A stretch of DNA of 64,000 nt from Thermococcus sp. JdFR-02 (GCA_002009975.1 MTLP01000042.1:1-64000), one strand, 5' to 3'. Counted from the first letter of the stretch, positions 38,848 through 51,426 are shown. The notes: generated by a model from the sequence alone, not told the origin. Translations and numbers: made by a program.

Positions 38848-40368
38848 ATGATTATGGAGTTAAGCTATCATGAGAAACTAGCGCTTATAGCTCTAAAAGA
38901 GCTTAATGGGAAAGCAAAATTTGAGGAATTAGTTGAGAGATCAAAACTTGATCAAGTAGCCGTTATGAGAGCTGTTCTGTGGTTGCAGAGTAAAGGCTTA
39001 ACCAAGCTCCATGAAAGAGAGAAAAGGGTAGTAAAGCTAACTGAAATTGGGGAAAAGTATTCCAAAATTGGACTTCCTGAGAGGAGAGCTTTAAAGCTTC
39101 TCGTAGAAAAGGGAAAAGCAAGTTTAGACGATTTAAAAGATGTCCTTAGCGAAGATGAAATAAAGCCAATAATTGGTGTTTTGAGAAAAGAGGGATGGGC
39201 AAATATAAGAAAAGAGGAAGGAAAGCTCATCCTTGAAGTTACAGAGAAGGGGAGAAAAGCGTTAGGTGAAGAGAGACCAATTGACAAGGTATTGCAGATT
39301 TTAGCTGATAAGGAAGAAGTTGAAGTTGACGAGATTGAAAGATTGATTTCATTAAATGAGCTAAAGAGAAGGAAAATTGCAGAAGAGGAACAAAAAAGCG
39401 AAAGAGAAGTTGAGCTTACAGAGGAAGGACTAAAGTTAGTTGAAAAAGGTCTTGAACTTAAAGAAGAAGTATCGTATTTAACCCCAGAGCTCATAACAAG
39501 CGGAAAATGGAGAGAAGTAGAGTTCAAGCGCTATAACATAAAAGCCCCCGTAAAAGTCATCTATCCTGGTAAAAAACAACCATATAGAGCATTTCTTGAC
39601 AAGATAAGGCGCAAGCTAATTGAAATGGGCTTTATTGAAATGACAGTTGATAGCTTAATAGAAACACAATTCTGGAACTTCGATGCTTTATTTCAACCAC
39701 AAAATCACCCAGCGAGAGATTGGACAGATACGTATCAATTAAAGTATCCAAAGTATGGAATGCTTCCAAATGAAAAGCTTGTTGAGAAAGTCAAGGCTTC
39801 ACATGAAAGCGGCTGGATTACTGGTTCAAGAGGTTGGGGCTATAAATGGGACCCAAGATTGGCTATGCAATTGATGCCGAGAGCACATGGAACTGCGTTG
39901 AGTGCAAGGCAATTAGCTAAGGGAACTCAAATACCCGGAAAATACTTTGCAATTCAAAGGGTCTTTAGACCGGATGTTTTGGATAGAACACATCTAATCG
40001 AGTTTAATCAGGTAGAGGGATTTGTTATTGGAGAAGATCTTAACTTTAAGCATTTGCTTGGAATTTTAAAGCGCTTTGCCGTTGAAGTGGCTGGAGCTAA
40101 GAAAGTAAAGTTCTTGCCAGATTACTATCCATTCACAGAGCCAAGTGTTCAAATGAGCGCTTATCATAAAGAGTTAGGTTGGGTAGAATTTGGAGGAGCT
40201 GGAGTATTTAGAGAAGAAATGACAAAACCATTGGGCATTGATGTTCCAGTAATTGCATGGGGAATTGGAATTGATAGGTTAGCAATGTTCAAGCTTGGCA
40301 TAGATGATATTCGTTACCTGTTTAGCTATGATTTGAGATGGCTAAGGGAGGCAAAGATTCTCTGGTGA
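38848..40368 (+). CDS. pheS: Phenylalanine--tRNA ligase alpha subunit
   Basis: [33 protein letters not shown] and YYPFTEPS motifs. Confidence 0.97.
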   Translation: MIMELSYHEKLALIALKELNGKAKFEELVERSKLDQVAVMRAVLWLQSKGLTKLHEREKRVVKLTEIGEKYSKIGLPERRALKLLVEKGKASLDDLKDVLSEDEIKPIIGVLRKEGWANIRKEEGKLILEVTEKGRKALGEERPIDKVLQILADKEEVEVDEIERLISLNELKRRKIAEEEQKSEREVELTEEGLKLVEKGLELKEEVSYLTPELITSGKWREVEFKRYNIKAPVKVIYPGKKQPYRAFLDKIRRKLIEMGFIEMTVDSLIETQFWNFDALFQPQNHPARDWTDTYQLKYPKYGMLPNEKLVEKVKASHESGWITGSRGWGYKWDPRLAMQLMPRAHGTALSARQLAKGTQIPGKYFAIQRVFRPDVLDRTHLIEFNQVEGFVIGEDLNFKHLLGILKRFAVEVAGAKKVKFLPDYYPFTEPSVQMSAYHKELGWVEFGGAGVFREEMTKPLGIDVPVIAWGIGIDRLAMFKLGIDDIRYLFSYDLRWLREAKILW

Positions 40369-40377
40369 GGTGGGAAA

Positions 40378-42057
40378 ATGCCAAAGTTCGAAGTATCAAA
40401 GGATGATTTGGAAAAACTTGTAGGAAAAACCTTCAGTGTTGAAGAATGGGAAGACTTATTCCTTTATGCTAAATGTGAGCTCGACGATGTTTGGGACTAT
40501 GAAGGTAAAATTTACTTTAAAGCTGATGCTAAAGATACCAACAGACCAGACCTTTGGAGCGCTGAGGGAATAGCAAGACAAGTAAAATGGGCTTTAGGGC
40601 TTGCAAAAGGCTTGCCAAAGTATGAGATAGAAAAAAGTGATATCGTTGTTTATGTCGATGAAAAACTAAAAGACATCAGACCTTATGGAGTTTATGCTAT
40701 TGTAGAGGGGCTTGAACTTGATGAAGAGGCTCTAAAACAGTTGATTCAGCTTCAAGAGAAGGTCGCATTAACCTTTGGAAGAAAAAGGAAGGAAGTTGCT
40801 ATAGGAACTTTTGATTTTGATAAGCTAAAGCCGCCCTTCTACTACAAAGCCGTTGAACCTGAGAAGATTAAGTTCGTGCCTTTGAATTATGATGTGGAAA
40901 TGACCGCCAATGAAATCCTTGAAAAGCATGAAAAAGGTCTTGAATATGGACATTTGATAAAAGGAAAGTCCTACTATCCCCTTTTAGTTGACAGTGAGGA
41001 AAATGTTCTCTCAATGCCCCCCGTAATTAACTCGGAAACACATGGAAAAGTTACAGAAGAAACAAGGAGCGTATTCATAGATATCACAGGTTATAATCTC
41101 GACAAGATAATGCTTGCATTAAACGTTCTCGTTACTGCCTTAGCGGAAAGAGGTGGGAAAATCAAGAGTGTAAAAGTTGTCTATAAAGACTTTGAGATTG
41201 AAACCCCAGATTTAACTCCAAAGGAATTTGAGGTTGATTTAAGTTACATCAAAAAACTCAGCGGTTTGGAGTTAACAGATGAGCAGATAAAGGAACTTTT
41301 AGAGAGAATGTTTTATGAAGTTGAGCTAATCAATGGAAAAGCCAAGTTAAAGTATCCTGCATTTAGAGATGACATAATGCATGCAAGAGATGTCTTGGAA
41401 GATGTGTTAATCGCTTATGGCTATAATGAGATTAAGCCAGAAGAGCCAGAATTAGCTGTTCAAGGAAAAGGAGATGATTTTGTTGAATTTGAAAATGCAA
41501 TAAGAGAACTAATGATAGGATTTGGCTTGCAAGAAATAATAACCTTCAACTTAACCAATAAAGAGAACCTCTTTGCAAGGATGAACATAGAAGAGGAACC
41601 AGTTGTAGAGATTGAAAATCCAATAAGTCTTAACTGGTCAACTTTAAGGAACTGGTTATTGCCAAGTCTAATGGAATTCCTAAGTAAGAACACTCACGAA
41701 GAATATCCACAAAAGATTTTTGAAGTTGGAAAAGCGACGCTAATAGATGAGACAAAGGAAACTAAGACCATCAGCGAAAGCAAATTGGCAATAGCCATTG
41801 CTCATCCAAGAGTTACATTCACAGAAGTTAAAGAAATCTTAGAGAGCTTTATGAGGCACTTGGAATATGAATATGAGCTTAAAGAGATCAATCATGGATC
41901 ATTCATTCCGGGGAGAGCTGGAAAAATAATAGTGAATGACAAGGAGATTGGAGTAATTGGCGAAATTCACCCGCAAGTTCTTGAAAATTGGGGTATAGAA
42001 ATGCCAGTAGCAGCTTTTGAAATATTTTTAAGACCACTTTATAAGCCCTCTACCTGA
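40378..42057 (+). CDS. pheT: Phenylalanine--tRNA ligase beta subunit
   Basis: NRPDLWSAEG, SMPPVINS and RDDIMHARDVLED motifs. Confidence 0.97.
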   Translation: MPKFEVSKDDLEKLVGKTFSVEEWEDLFLYAKCELDDVWDYEGKIYFKADAKDTNRPDLWSAEGIARQVKWALGLAKGLPKYEIEKSDIVVYVDEKLKDIRPYGVYAIVEGLELDEEALKQLIQLQEKVALTFGRKRKEVAIGTFDFDKLKPPFYYKAVEPEKIKFVPLNYDVEMTANEILEKHEKGLEYGHLIKGKSYYPLLVDSEENVLSMPPVINSETHGKVTEETRSVFIDITGYNLDKIMLALNVLVTALAERGGKIKSVKVVYKDFEIETPDLTPKEFEVDLSYIKKLSGLELTDEQIKELLERMFYEVELINGKAKLKYPAFRDDIMHARDVLEDVLIAYGYNEIKPEEPELAVQGKGDDFVEFENAIRELMIGFGLQEIITFNLTNKENLFARMNIEEEPVVEIENPISLNWSTLRNWLLPSLMEFLSKNTHEEYPQKIFEVGKATLIDETKETKTISESKLAIAIAHPRVTFTEVKEILESFMRHLEYEYELKEINHGSFIPGRAGKIIVNDKEIGVIGEIHPQVLENWGIEMPVAAFEIFLRPLYKPST

Positions 42058-42065
42058 TTTTTTAT

Positions 42066-42494
42066 TTGGTGAGCATGATGAACTGGGGATTAATCATAGC
42101 AATTATCATCGGTATTTTAGCTGGAATAACGATTCCAGAGATTATGAGGCGGTACAAATATGCTGGAAGGGTTTTAATTTTAGCTTTTATGATTGCTTTA
42201 AGCTTGATTTACTGGAAACAGGGAAAAATTAGAGACGCCTACATATACTTTGAGATTACAGTATGGCTTCTCTTTGGCTTAGCTGACTATCTCGAAGAAT
42301 TTGGAATAAAGACCCTGCTTGGACTGCTTTTGATAGCAGTTGGGATACTTGGGTTAACTCTGTATGAATTTAAAATGACAATCACAGATGTTCTTGGATT
42401 AATAGTTAGTTCAGGAGTGGCACTTTATGGCTTTGTTTATCTTGGATACTTGGTAAACGAAAGAAGAAATCCAGAAAAAGTCAAGAAGAAGTAG
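42066..42494 (+). CDS. Hypothetical membrane protein
   Basis: About 5 hydrophobic helices. Confidence 0.7.
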   Translation: MVSMMNWGLIIAIIIGILAGITIPEIMRRYKYAGRVLILAFMIALSLIYWKQGKIRDAYIYFEITVWLLFGLADYLEEFGIKTLLGLLLIAVGILGLTLYEFKMTITDVLGLIVSSGVALYGFVYLGYLVNERRNPEKVKKK

Positions 42495-42609
42495 AATCGT
42501 TCTCAGATTTTACCCTCTTTTCAATTCTCTTAAGGAGCTGAGTGAGCATTAATTCAAAATTCTCAATCGCATTCAAAATCTCAAGGTCTTTTATACATGG
42601 CATGTCCAT
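42481..42609 (-). CDS. 42-aa small protein MDMPCIKDLEILNAIENFELMLTQLLKRIEKRVKSENDSTSS
   Basis: RBS GGAGGTGG and an upstream TTTAAA; amphipathic helix pattern. Confidence 0.45.
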   Translation of the reverse strand: MDMPCIKDLEILNAIENFELMLTQLLKRIEKRVKSENDSTSS

Positions 42610-42896
42610 TTCTCCCACCTCCAAGCTACTCTTAATTCATTCATAATTTAAACTTTGTCTCAATTTATTTGTCAATGAACCGAAAAATTGAAGACATTTT
42701 GGAAGAATTTTGAATAATTTTTCTTGACGTTTATAAAGGTTTACATAATAAAAGACAACAAAGAAAGCAACGAGACCATAAAGCACATTTGTGTTCATAA
42801 GTGCTCTACTATTGCAAAAAATATTTGCTTGCTAAAGCGTTGATTTCCACAAAACTTTTATATTTTGGTGATTTTAAAACTATTTTGGCGAGAGAA

Positions 42897-43697
42897 ATGA
42901 GAATTGCCCTAAAAATTGCTTATGATGGTACTAAATTTTATGGTTTTCAACGGCAACCAAACGTCAAAACAGTTGAAGGGGAAATAGTGAGCATATTAAA
43001 AAAGCTCAAAGTTATTGAAAATTGTGAGAAAGCAAATTTTAAGGGTGCTTCGAGAACTGATAAAGGGGTCTCTGCTTTTGGAAATGTAGTTGCATTTAAT
43101 ACGGAAAATGTAAAGTTAGCTCAACCAAGGGTTTTAAATCATCATTTAAAAGACATTTGGGTCTTAGGAATCGCAGAAGTTCCAGAGGACTTTCATCCGA
43201 GATTCTGGGCAATAGAGAAGGTTTACCGTTATTACCTTGTTGATGAGAACTTTGATTTAGGAAGAATCAAAGAATGTGCAAAGCTCTTCATTGGAAAGCA
43301 CAACTTTTCAAACTTTGCAAAGCTTGAAGAATTTAAAGATCCAGTTAGGGAAATTAAAGCAATTAACGTTGAAAAAAGGGGAAGAATTATTGTATTGGAA
43401 TTTGTTGGAAAAAGCTTTCTTTGGGAAATGGTGCGCCGTTTGGTAACTGCTTTAAAACTCTGCGGGTTAGGTCTAATAAGCTTAGATGAAATAAAGGAGC
43501 TTTTGGAAGTGGAAAGTGAAAAGAAAATTCCTCCAGCACCTCCAGAAAGCTTAGTTCTTTGGGAAGTACAATACGATAATATCAGCTTTGAAATCGATGA
43601 TTATTCCCTTCAAAAGATTAGGAGAGAGTTTTTTAACAACTTTAGCAGGACATTAATAAGAGCAAGTATCTTTGAAGATTGGCTAAGCTTTCTCTAA
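42897..43697 (+). CDS. truA: tRNA pseudouridine(38-40) synthase
   Basis: IAYDGTKFYGFQRQP, ASRTDKGVSA and SFLWEMVR motifs. Confidence 0.95.
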   Translation: MRIALKIAYDGTKFYGFQRQPNVKTVEGEIVSILKKLKVIENCEKANFKGASRTDKGVSAFGNVVAFNTENVKLAQPRVLNHHLKDIWVLGIAEVPEDFHPRFWAIEKVYRYYLVDENFDLGRIKECAKLFIGKHNFSNFAKLEEFKDPVREIKAINVEKRGRIIVLEFVGKSFLWEMVRRLVTALKLCGLGLISLDEIKELLEVESEKKIPPAPPESLVLWEVQYDNISFEIDDYSLQKIRREFFNNFSRTLIRASIFEDWLSFL

Positions 43698-45050
43698 TTT
43701 TGCTCCCCTGTCGTAGTATTTTCCATAGTACTGCTTTAGAGCCTTCTCTCTTTCAATGAAATGCGTGAATAGTAGGGGATCATCATCTTCGATGTCAACG
43801 ATTATTGCTTCTTTTGCATTTTTCGGTCTCAATGCTCTGCCAATCGTTTGTATGGTCATTATGTCGCTTTTTCCTCCACCAGCTAAGATTATTGCAGAGA
43901 TCTCTGGAATATCGACTCCCTCTTTTAATAGGGTCGAAACCAGAACTTTAATTTCACCACTCTTAAATTTCTCTAAAATCTCCCAGCGGTTGGGGCTTTG
44001 AGAACTTAAGAACTCTGAGTTGATATTTCTCTGCTTTAACATTTCCACTAAAATCTTGCCGTGCTCAATTCTCCTAACATCAATTAAGACTCTATGACCA
44101 TCATTTGCAAGTTCAACAGCTTTTTCAATAATAGCTTTATTTCTCTCCTCATTTTCCATTATCATCTCTTCATAAAGTTCTTTATAGCGCTCACTGAAAG
44201 AAGGCATCTTTGAGGTGTATTTGACGACTTCAAATTTTGGTTTTGCCAAAAAGCCTTCTCTAATCAGCGTATCTGCTTTAACTTCATATATAATAGGTCC
44301 AATAGCACCTTCAATCTTGATCTCCTCTCCTTTAATTCTACGCCAAGGAGTTGCGGACAAACCAAAGCGGTATTTTTGAGGCAATTCCATTCCAAGCTCA
44401 TAAAACTTTTGAGCAGCAGATGTTCTATGGCATTCATCAAAGATTACAATCCCGTATGGAAGCTTGAGCTTATCAACTCCCCTCGAAAGCAGAGTCTGGA
44501 TCATTGCAACCGTTACTGGTCTTTCAATCCACTTGTTATCTCCAACAATCCCAGCCTCTATTCCCAAGATTTTTTCTACATTCTCAGCCCATTGATAAAG
44601 TAATTCTTTTGTGTGGACGACTACTAATGCTGACAGATTTAGCTCATGAATTATCCTTAACCCTACAACGGTCTTTCCGCTTCCAACTGGCAGAGCTAAA
44701 ACTCCCATGCCTTTCTTCAATGCAGTTCTAACTGACCTTTTCTGATAGGGTCTAAGCTTGTAATGCTCATTCCAAGAGGGATTAACCTCAATTCCCTCGA
44801 CTTCTCTCTCATCAATGACCCTTACCCTGTGACCCTTGGAATTTAGGATTTTCTTAACCCTGGGTATTAAGCCGATTGGGAATGATCGTTCAAATGGATC
44901 GTAGAGAGATTCGGGTTTCTTCCATTTACCATAGTCTTTTCTATATGTTAATGCCTCATACACTGTAAAATAGACCTTTGGAGGCGCTTTTTCAACTATA
45001 ACCTTTGCAGATTTGTTAGGTATTCTTAGAGTTACCATCCCCATTGCCAC
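43683..45050 (-). CDS. Superfamily 2 helicase (XPB/Rad25-like)
   Basis: LRPYQ, LPVGSGKT, DECH, GLSATP and QTIGRALR motifs. Confidence 0.9.
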   Translation of the reverse strand: MAMGMVTLRIPNKSAKVIVEKAPPKVYFTVYEALTYRKDYGKWKKPESLYDPFERSFPIGLIPRVKKILNSKGHRVRVIDEREVEGIEVNPSWNEHYKLRPYQKRSVRTALKKGMGVLALPVGSGKTVVGLRIIHELNLSALVVVHTKELLYQWAENVEKILGIEAGIVGDNKWIERPVTVAMIQTLLSRGVDKLKLPYGIVIFDECHRTSAAQKFYELGMELPQKYRFGLSATPWRRIKGEEIKIEGAIGPIIYEVKADTLIREGFLAKPKFEVVKYTSKMPSFSERYKELYEEMIMENEERNKAIIEKAVELANDGHRVLIDVRRIEHGKILVEMLKQRNINSEFLSSQSPNRWEILEKFKSGEIKVLVSTLLKEGVDIPEISAIILAGGGKSDIMTIQTIGRALRPKNAKEAIIVDIEDDDPLLFTHFIEREKALKQYYGKYYDRGAKLEKA

Positions 45051-45144
45051 TCAAAATAAAGGTTCTGTTCATACCTCTTTATAGGTGTTTTGTTTGAGGA
45101 TAAAAACTAAATAGTAGATTCTGCCATTCCACTTTGGTGGTGAT

Positions 45145-46416
45145 ATGTTAAAGAAAATACTGGAAAATTTTGGTGATGAGTTAATTGTCATAAAAAAGCC
45201 TGTAAGTAAAAAGCTTGAAATAACAAAATACCTTCTTCAGAATAAAGATAAGCCGATACTCTTTAAAGATGTTGATGGTTGGGAAGTTGCGGGTAATATC
45301 TGGAGCACAAGAGAAAGGATTGCAAAATATTTGGGCATTAAAAGGGAGGAAATTCTTCATTTAATTACAGATGCTATTGACAATCCAAAATCTTATGAGA
45401 TTGTAAAAGATGCTCCTTTTTTGAAGAACAAGACAAGAGAATTCTCCCTAAAGGAATTACCAATTCCTCAATACTTCCCAAAAGATGGAGGACAATACTT
45501 TACTTCCGCTATAATTGCGGCAAAGGATAAGAATGGCTTTGTAAATCTCTCCTTTCATAGAATGATGGTGATTGATGACAAAAGAGTCACTGTGAGGATA
45601 GTTCCAAGGCATCTCTATGCAATGTGGAGAGATGCCTATGAGCATGGCGAAGAGCTCGATGTTAGAATTATCGTTGGAAATCCAATCCATATTCTGTTAG
45701 CTGCAGCAACAAGCGTTGAGTATGGAAAAAGCGAGCTTAACATAGCTTCAGCTATAAGCGAAAGAGCCTTTGGAAAACCATTGGAGGTTATAAATCTTAA
45801 TGGCATTGAAGTTCCTGCAGAGAGCGAATTTGTGTTTGAGGCTAAAATTCTTCCAGAGCTTGATAAAGAAGGTCCCTTTGTTGATATCACGGGAACTTAT
45901 GACTATGTAAGGGAGCAACCACTTATAGTTTTTGAAAGGATGTATCATGTTGAAGATCCAATATTCCATGCCCTACTACCCGGTGGATATGAACACTACA
46001 TGCTTATGGGACTCCCAAAGGAGCCTCAAATATATAAGAGCGTTAAGCAAGTCGTTCCAAAAGTTCACGGTATCAGATTGACAGAAGGAGGCTGTATGTG
46101 GCTTCATGCTGTAGTTAGTATAACCAAACAACATGATGGCGATGGGAAAAACGCTATTTTAGCGGCTTTTTCGGGGCATCCATCACTTAAGCATGTTGTT
46201 GTGGTCGATGAGGACATTAATATCTACGATGACAGGGAAGTGGAATGGGCAATAGCAACGAGATTTCAAGCTGATAAAGACTTAGTTATAATTCCAAATG
46301 CTCGTGGAAGTTCTCTAGATCCTTCAGCTGAGAAAAGCCTAACAGCCAAGTGGGGCATTGATGCAACAAAGCCGTTGGATAAAAAAGAGGAGTTTGAGAG
46401 AACCAAATTAGACTAA
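45145..46416 (+). CDS. UbiD-family prFMN decarboxylase (likely anhydromevalonate phosphate decarboxylase of the archaeal mevalonate pathway)
   Basis: [30 protein letters not shown] and SSLDPS motifs. Substrate is inferred. Confidence 0.85.
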   Translation: MLKKILENFGDELIVIKKPVSKKLEITKYLLQNKDKPILFKDVDGWEVAGNIWSTRERIAKYLGIKREEILHLITDAIDNPKSYEIVKDAPFLKNKTREFSLKELPIPQYFPKDGGQYFTSAIIAAKDKNGFVNLSFHRMMVIDDKRVTVRIVPRHLYAMWRDAYEHGEELDVRIIVGNPIHILLAAATSVEYGKSELNIASAISERAFGKPLEVINLNGIEVPAESEFVFEAKILPELDKEGPFVDITGTYDYVREQPLIVFERMYHVEDPIFHALLPGGYEHYMLMGLPKEPQIYKSVKQVVPKVHGIRLTEGGCMWLHAVVSITKQHDGDGKNAILAAFSGHPSLKHVVVVDEDINIYDDREVEWAIATRFQADKDLVIIPNARGSSLDPSAEKSLTAKWGIDATKPLDKKEEFERTKLD

Positions 46417-46417
46417 C

Positions 46418-47314
<897 letters not shown>

Positions 47315-47354
47315 TTAATCACCCCTATTCCCTTTATCTGCAGTATTATTAAGC

Positions 47355-48632
47355 TTAACTTTGATCTTTAATTGACTTTTCATAAAGTTCAAAGGCTTTC
47401 TTTTCTGCTTTTTCTAAGAGTTTTTGTTCATCAGATACCAAGACTTTTCTATTTAACATTATGGGATTTCCATTAACTATCAAACCATCTACATCACTCG
47501 CCCTCATAGAATATACAGCTAAAGTTATTGGGTCATAGAAGGGCTTTAAATGGGGTTTATCCAAGTCGATGAGCATTAAATCTGCTAAATATCCCTCTTC
47601 AACCCTTCCAGCTTTAAATCCTAAGGCTTTCGCCCCATTTTCAGTTGCAACTTTAAAAACTTCCTCAGCTTTCGCTATCGTTGGGTTCCATCTATGATTC
47701 TTTTGGGCTATTGCCATAATCTTCATTTCCTCAAACATGTCAAAGTTGTTGTTGCTTGCAACGCCATCTGTGCCGAGGGTAACTAAAACACCGTATTCAA
47801 GCATCTCTGGAAAGGGCATTACCCCGCCAGAGGCTAGTTTTAAATTGCTTACGGGATTATGTGCAACTTTAACTTTATATCTGGCTAAGGTTTTTATCTC
47901 CGCTTTTGTGAGCCAAACAGAGTGTGCCGCTAAGACATTTTCTCCTAAAAAGCCTATGTCTTCTAAAAGTTTAACAGGTCTCTTTCCATAGCGCTTTTGA
48001 ATCTCATAAACTTCCCATCTTGTCTCTGCTAGATGAATTTGGAGCAAAATGTTGTATTTCTCTGCAAGCTCTTTTGCCTTCATTAGAGTTTCTGGAGAGC
48101 AGGTATAGGGTGCGTGAGGTGCTACACTTGGCTTAATTAGCTCGTGATCTCTGTATTTCTTTGCAAACTTTTCTGCTATTTTGAGCATTTCTTCTGGAGT
48201 TTCTGCCTCTGGAGAGGGGAAATCAAAAATTGTAGTTCCTAAAACACCTCTCAATCCTAAAAGTTCCAAAACCCTTGCGACTTCTTCCATGTAAAAATAC
48301 ATATCTGCTATAGCAGCGATTCCAGAGTGTATTAGCTCTAAAGCTCCAATTATTGCCCCCCAATAAACATATTCACCATTGATGTTTTTTTCCATGGGCC
48401 AAATAATCTTCTCAAGCCAGTCTTTAAGCCACATATCTTCTCCAAGTCCTCTAAAGACTGTCATTGATAGGTGAGTATGCGTATTATAGAAAGCAGGCAT
48501 TAGAAGCTTTCCTTTTCCATCTATTACCCAATCATCTTTTTTTGCTTCTTCATTTATGCTGGATATGACGTTTCCTTCAATGTAAACATTGGCTCTTTTT
48601 TTATTCGGCAAGATAACATTTTTGATGAGCAT
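47355..48632 (-). CDS. mtaD: Amidohydrolase, MTA/SAH deaminase-like
   Basis: NTHTH, PHAPYTCS, IHLAET, AAHSVW and LGTDG..SNN motifs. Confidence 0.8.
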   Translation of the reverse strand: MLIKNVILPNKKRANVYIEGNVISSINEEAKKDDWVIDGKGKLLMPAFYNTHTHLSMTVFRGLGEDMWLKDWLEKIIWPMEKNINGEYVYWGAIIGALELIHSGIAAIADMYFYMEEVARVLELLGLRGVLGTTIFDFPSPEAETPEEMLKIAEKFAKKYRDHELIKPSVAPHAPYTCSPETLMKAKELAEKYNILLQIHLAETRWEVYEIQKRYGKRPVKLLEDIGFLGENVLAAHSVWLTKAEIKTLARYKVKVAHNPVSNLKLASGGVMPFPEMLEYGVLVTLGTDGVASNNNFDMFEEMKIMAIAQKNHRWNPTIAKAEEVFKVATENGAKALGFKAGRVEEGYLADLMLIDLDKPHLKPFYDPITLAVYSMRASDVDGLIVNGNPIMLNRKVLVSDEQKLLEKAEKKAFELYEKSIKDQS

Positions 48633-48688
48633 TTTCACCACAAAAAATCTTTTATTTACTATTGGGATTTTAGTTTTATGGTGAGCCA

Positions 48689-50170
48689 ATGCTAAAAGTA
48701 AGAAAGTACATCAACATTTCAGATGATTTATTTGTTGTTAAGAATCTCATAGGAGCATTGTTGCAGGGCATCGGGGTTGCGTATTTGGTCCCAGTCCTGC
48801 TGATATGGTTTTATCCTGATGAAATAAGTAATATCCATTATTTTGTTATTCCCGGTGTTGGGAGCATAATTTTAGGAGCTTGGCTTGGAAGACATGCTCA
48901 ACACATAGAAGATGTCAATTTGAGACAAGCTATGATAGCTTCCGCCTTCGTTTGGCTTACTGCTTCAGCGGTCGCGGTTATACCTTTTATAAAAATCGCT
49001 AACATGAGCTTTGTTGATTCATATTTTGAAAGCATGTCAGCTTGGACTGGTACAGGATTAACTATGATGCGCAATTTGGAGAGCTATCCACACATATTGC
49101 TCTTTTGGAGAGCATGGATGCAGTGGTTAGGGGGAATAGGTATAGTGTTAGTCGCTTTGACGATTTTAATTCGTCCAGGAGTTGCTGCCGCTCGTTTATA
49201 TAAGGCAGAGGCAAGAAGTGAAAGGATTTTGCCCAATTTAGCCAACACCTCACGGATAATCTTCCAAATCTACTTGGTTATAACACTTTTAGGCGTTTAT
49301 CTCCTCTATATAAATGGCATGCCTCTTTTTGATGCATTAATTCACTCAATGACGGGCGTAGGAACTGGTGGTATGAGCTCTCATGACTTAAGCATTGGAT
49401 TCTTCAACAGCTTAAGCATAGAAACCATTACAATCTTTTTGATGATACTGGGTGCAACAAACTTTACCGTTCATTATAGAATGCTCAAAGATAAGCTTAT
49501 AACGCCTTTTTTTGATGATATCCAAGTTCGCTATATGTTCTTTTTCTTAATCCCCGTAATATCCCTTATAGCCTATAGTCTGGTTCAAACAGGTCTTTAT
49601 GTTGGAACTGCTTTTAGAGAAGCAATATTCCATGCTGTCTCTGCAATAACGTGTACTGGTTTTGGGATTGGAAATTTAAGTCAATATCCTGAAATCGCTA
49701 AGCTTTTACTTGGATTTTTAATGGTAGTCGGTGGAGGTGCGGGAAGTACAGCAGGTGGTATAAAGCTCATTAGAATCACACTTATGTATGAAAGTCTAAA
49801 ATGGACAATAGAACAAGCAATATTACCAAAAGGAGCGGTTATAAAAAGAAAGGTTGGTAATTATGTCTTTTCAGAAGAAGAAATTCAAGAGGTTTTAAGC
49901 TTTACAATGACATATTTGGCTTTTCTCCTAATTGGTACAATTTGGACAATGTTTAGAGTGAATGCATCATTAGCAGACTCCTTTTTTGAGGTTGCGTCAG
50001 CACAAGGAAATGTTGGACTGAGCGTTGGAATAACCTCTCCAGCTCTCCCATTGGACATTAAGATCTTGCTGATTTTGCATATGTGGATTGGAAGGCTTGA
50101 AATATTCTCAACCTTAGTGTTCATAGTTAGCGCTGCGATGTTGCTTCCAAGGATAATTGAGAAGGGTTAA
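48689..50170 (+). CDS. trkH: Trk potassium uptake membrane protein
   Basis: FESMSAWTGTG, QWLGGIG, GGGAGSTAGGIK and MWIGRLE motifs. Confidence 0.95.
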   Translation: MLKVRKYINISDDLFVVKNLIGALLQGIGVAYLVPVLLIWFYPDEISNIHYFVIPGVGSIILGAWLGRHAQHIEDVNLRQAMIASAFVWLTASAVAVIPFIKIANMSFVDSYFESMSAWTGTGLTMMRNLESYPHILLFWRAWMQWLGGIGIVLVALTILIRPGVAAARLYKAEARSERILPNLANTSRIIFQIYLVITLLGVYLLYINGMPLFDALIHSMTGVGTGGMSSHDLSIGFFNSLSIETITIFLMILGATNFTVHYRMLKDKLITPFFDDIQVRYMFFFLIPVISLIAYSLVQTGLYVGTAFREAIFHAVSAITCTGFGIGNLSQYPEIAKLLLGFLMVVGGGAGSTAGGIKLIRITLMYESLKWTIEQAILPKGAVIKRKVGNYVFSEEEIQEVLSFTMTYLAFLLIGTIWTMFRVNASLADSFFEVASAQGNVGLSVGITSPALPLDIKILLILHMWIGRLEIFSTLVFIVSAAMLLPRIIEKG

Positions 50171-50214
50171 TGTTTTTATATCATGTATGCCGAGAAATTG
50201 CTAAGGTGTTAGAC

Positions 50215-51021
50215 ATGCAGATAGGAGTTAGTATTTACCCTCACTTTATCAACAAAGACAAAAGCTTAGCCTCAATACTTGCAGACGTTAAAATTAAGAA
50301 CTACGACTTTGTTCAGATATTCCCCCATACACTTGGATTGATAAAAAATGGTCAAGTGATGGAAAGAGAGCTTAGAGCAGTGGAGGCTACTCTCAAAGGT
50401 GTGGGGATTGACTACATAATAAGAATGCCAGTTTCCCTCAATCTAAGGGATCATGTATACTATGGAAGACATTTCAAAGTTGCAAAAGCGTGTGTAGATG
50501 TGGCAATAAAATTGGGATCAAAGCTGGTTGTAATGCAAAGTGGAACGACTGGGAGATTAGACTTGGAGATTGAAGCAATACAGGAGTTAGCGGATATAGC
50601 AGGTAAATTTGGAATAAAGATAGCACTCGAAAACACGTTTAGTGTAAAGGACACCCTCTATGTAGTAGACAATGTAAACAGAAATAATGTCGGATTTGCA
50701 TTAGATCTAGCACACGCATTTTTAAGTGCTGGAGGAGACGAGAGCAAGTTCCTTGATGATGTGAAACTTGGTGCCAAGAAAACGTTCATACTAATGGTTC
50801 ATGACAACTTTGGAAAGCTCTCCCCGCAGGTTGAACCTGAAGACGCTTTAGCCTATGGAGTTGGTGATTTGCATTTGCTACCCGGAGAAGGGAAGATACC
50901 ATTTAGCAAAGCATTGAGGCTCTTTGAGATTGTGCCCCTGCTAATAAAGATCAAAGATGCTGATAAATTCTCGAAGCTACCAAATAAACAGACACTCATA
51001 GAAATGTTAACAACTATTTAG
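50215..51021 (+). CDS. Sugar phosphate isomerase/epimerase TIM-barrel (AP endonuclease 2 family)
   Basis: IALEN, LDLAHA, VHDN and DLHLLPGEG motifs. Confidence 0.8.
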   Translation: MQIGVSIYPHFINKDKSLASILADVKIKNYDFVQIFPHTLGLIKNGQVMERELRAVEATLKGVGIDYIIRMPVSLNLRDHVYYGRHFKVAKACVDVAIKLGSKLVVMQSGTTGRLDLEIEAIQELADIAGKFGIKIALENTFSVKDTLYVVDNVNRNNVGFALDLAHAFLSAGGDESKFLDDVKLGAKKTFILMVHDNFGKLSPQVEPEDALAYGVGDLHLLPGEGKIPFSKALRLFEIVPLLIKIKDADKFSKLPNKQTLIEMLTTI

Positions 51022-51404
51022 AGCTCCAATCTTTCTTTTATAACTTTTAAAAGCTCTCCAAAGGCTATTCCAATAATCTCTTTTTTTCTCACAAAATGCG
51101 TTATATCTGGAGTAAAGTTAGCTTTCAAAATATTGACAGCTTCATCTGTGTTAATTTTCTTTTCTAACCATGCATAGGCAATTATTGCTTCTGCAATGTC
51201 TCCTTTTCCATGTTTGTCTGTTCTTGATGGGACGTAATTTAGCAAGTTAGCCCTATCTAATGCGATTGCCAATGAAGAGTTGGGAACCCTTTCAGCGCTT
51301 GGTTTTCCTAAGTATTCACTTAAAGCTAAGGAAAAGAGAAAGTTAACCAAAGAGTCACCAAACTTTGAAAGGTTTTTGTCTGTAAAATCCTTGGAATACT
51401 TCAT
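51018..51404 (-). CDS. Archaeal ribonuclease III-like domain protein
   Basis: LSKFGDSLVN...GDIAEAIIAY; located downstream of rpoL. Confidence 0.7.
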   Translation of the reverse strand: MKYSKDFTDKNLSKFGDSLVNFLFSLALSEYLGKPSAERVPNSSLAIALDRANLLNYVPSRTDKHGKGDIAEAIIAYAWLEKKINTDEAVNILKANFTPDITHFVRKKEIIGIAFGELLKVIKERLEL

Positions 51405-51426
51405 TTCAATCCCAAAACAAAAATAA

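Noticed and set aside
38952-39527. 191-aa antisense ORF within pheS and similar antisense ORFs elsewhere
   Set aside because: Ser/Phe/Leu-rich mirror frames of Glu/Lys-rich sense genes, with no RBS or motifs.
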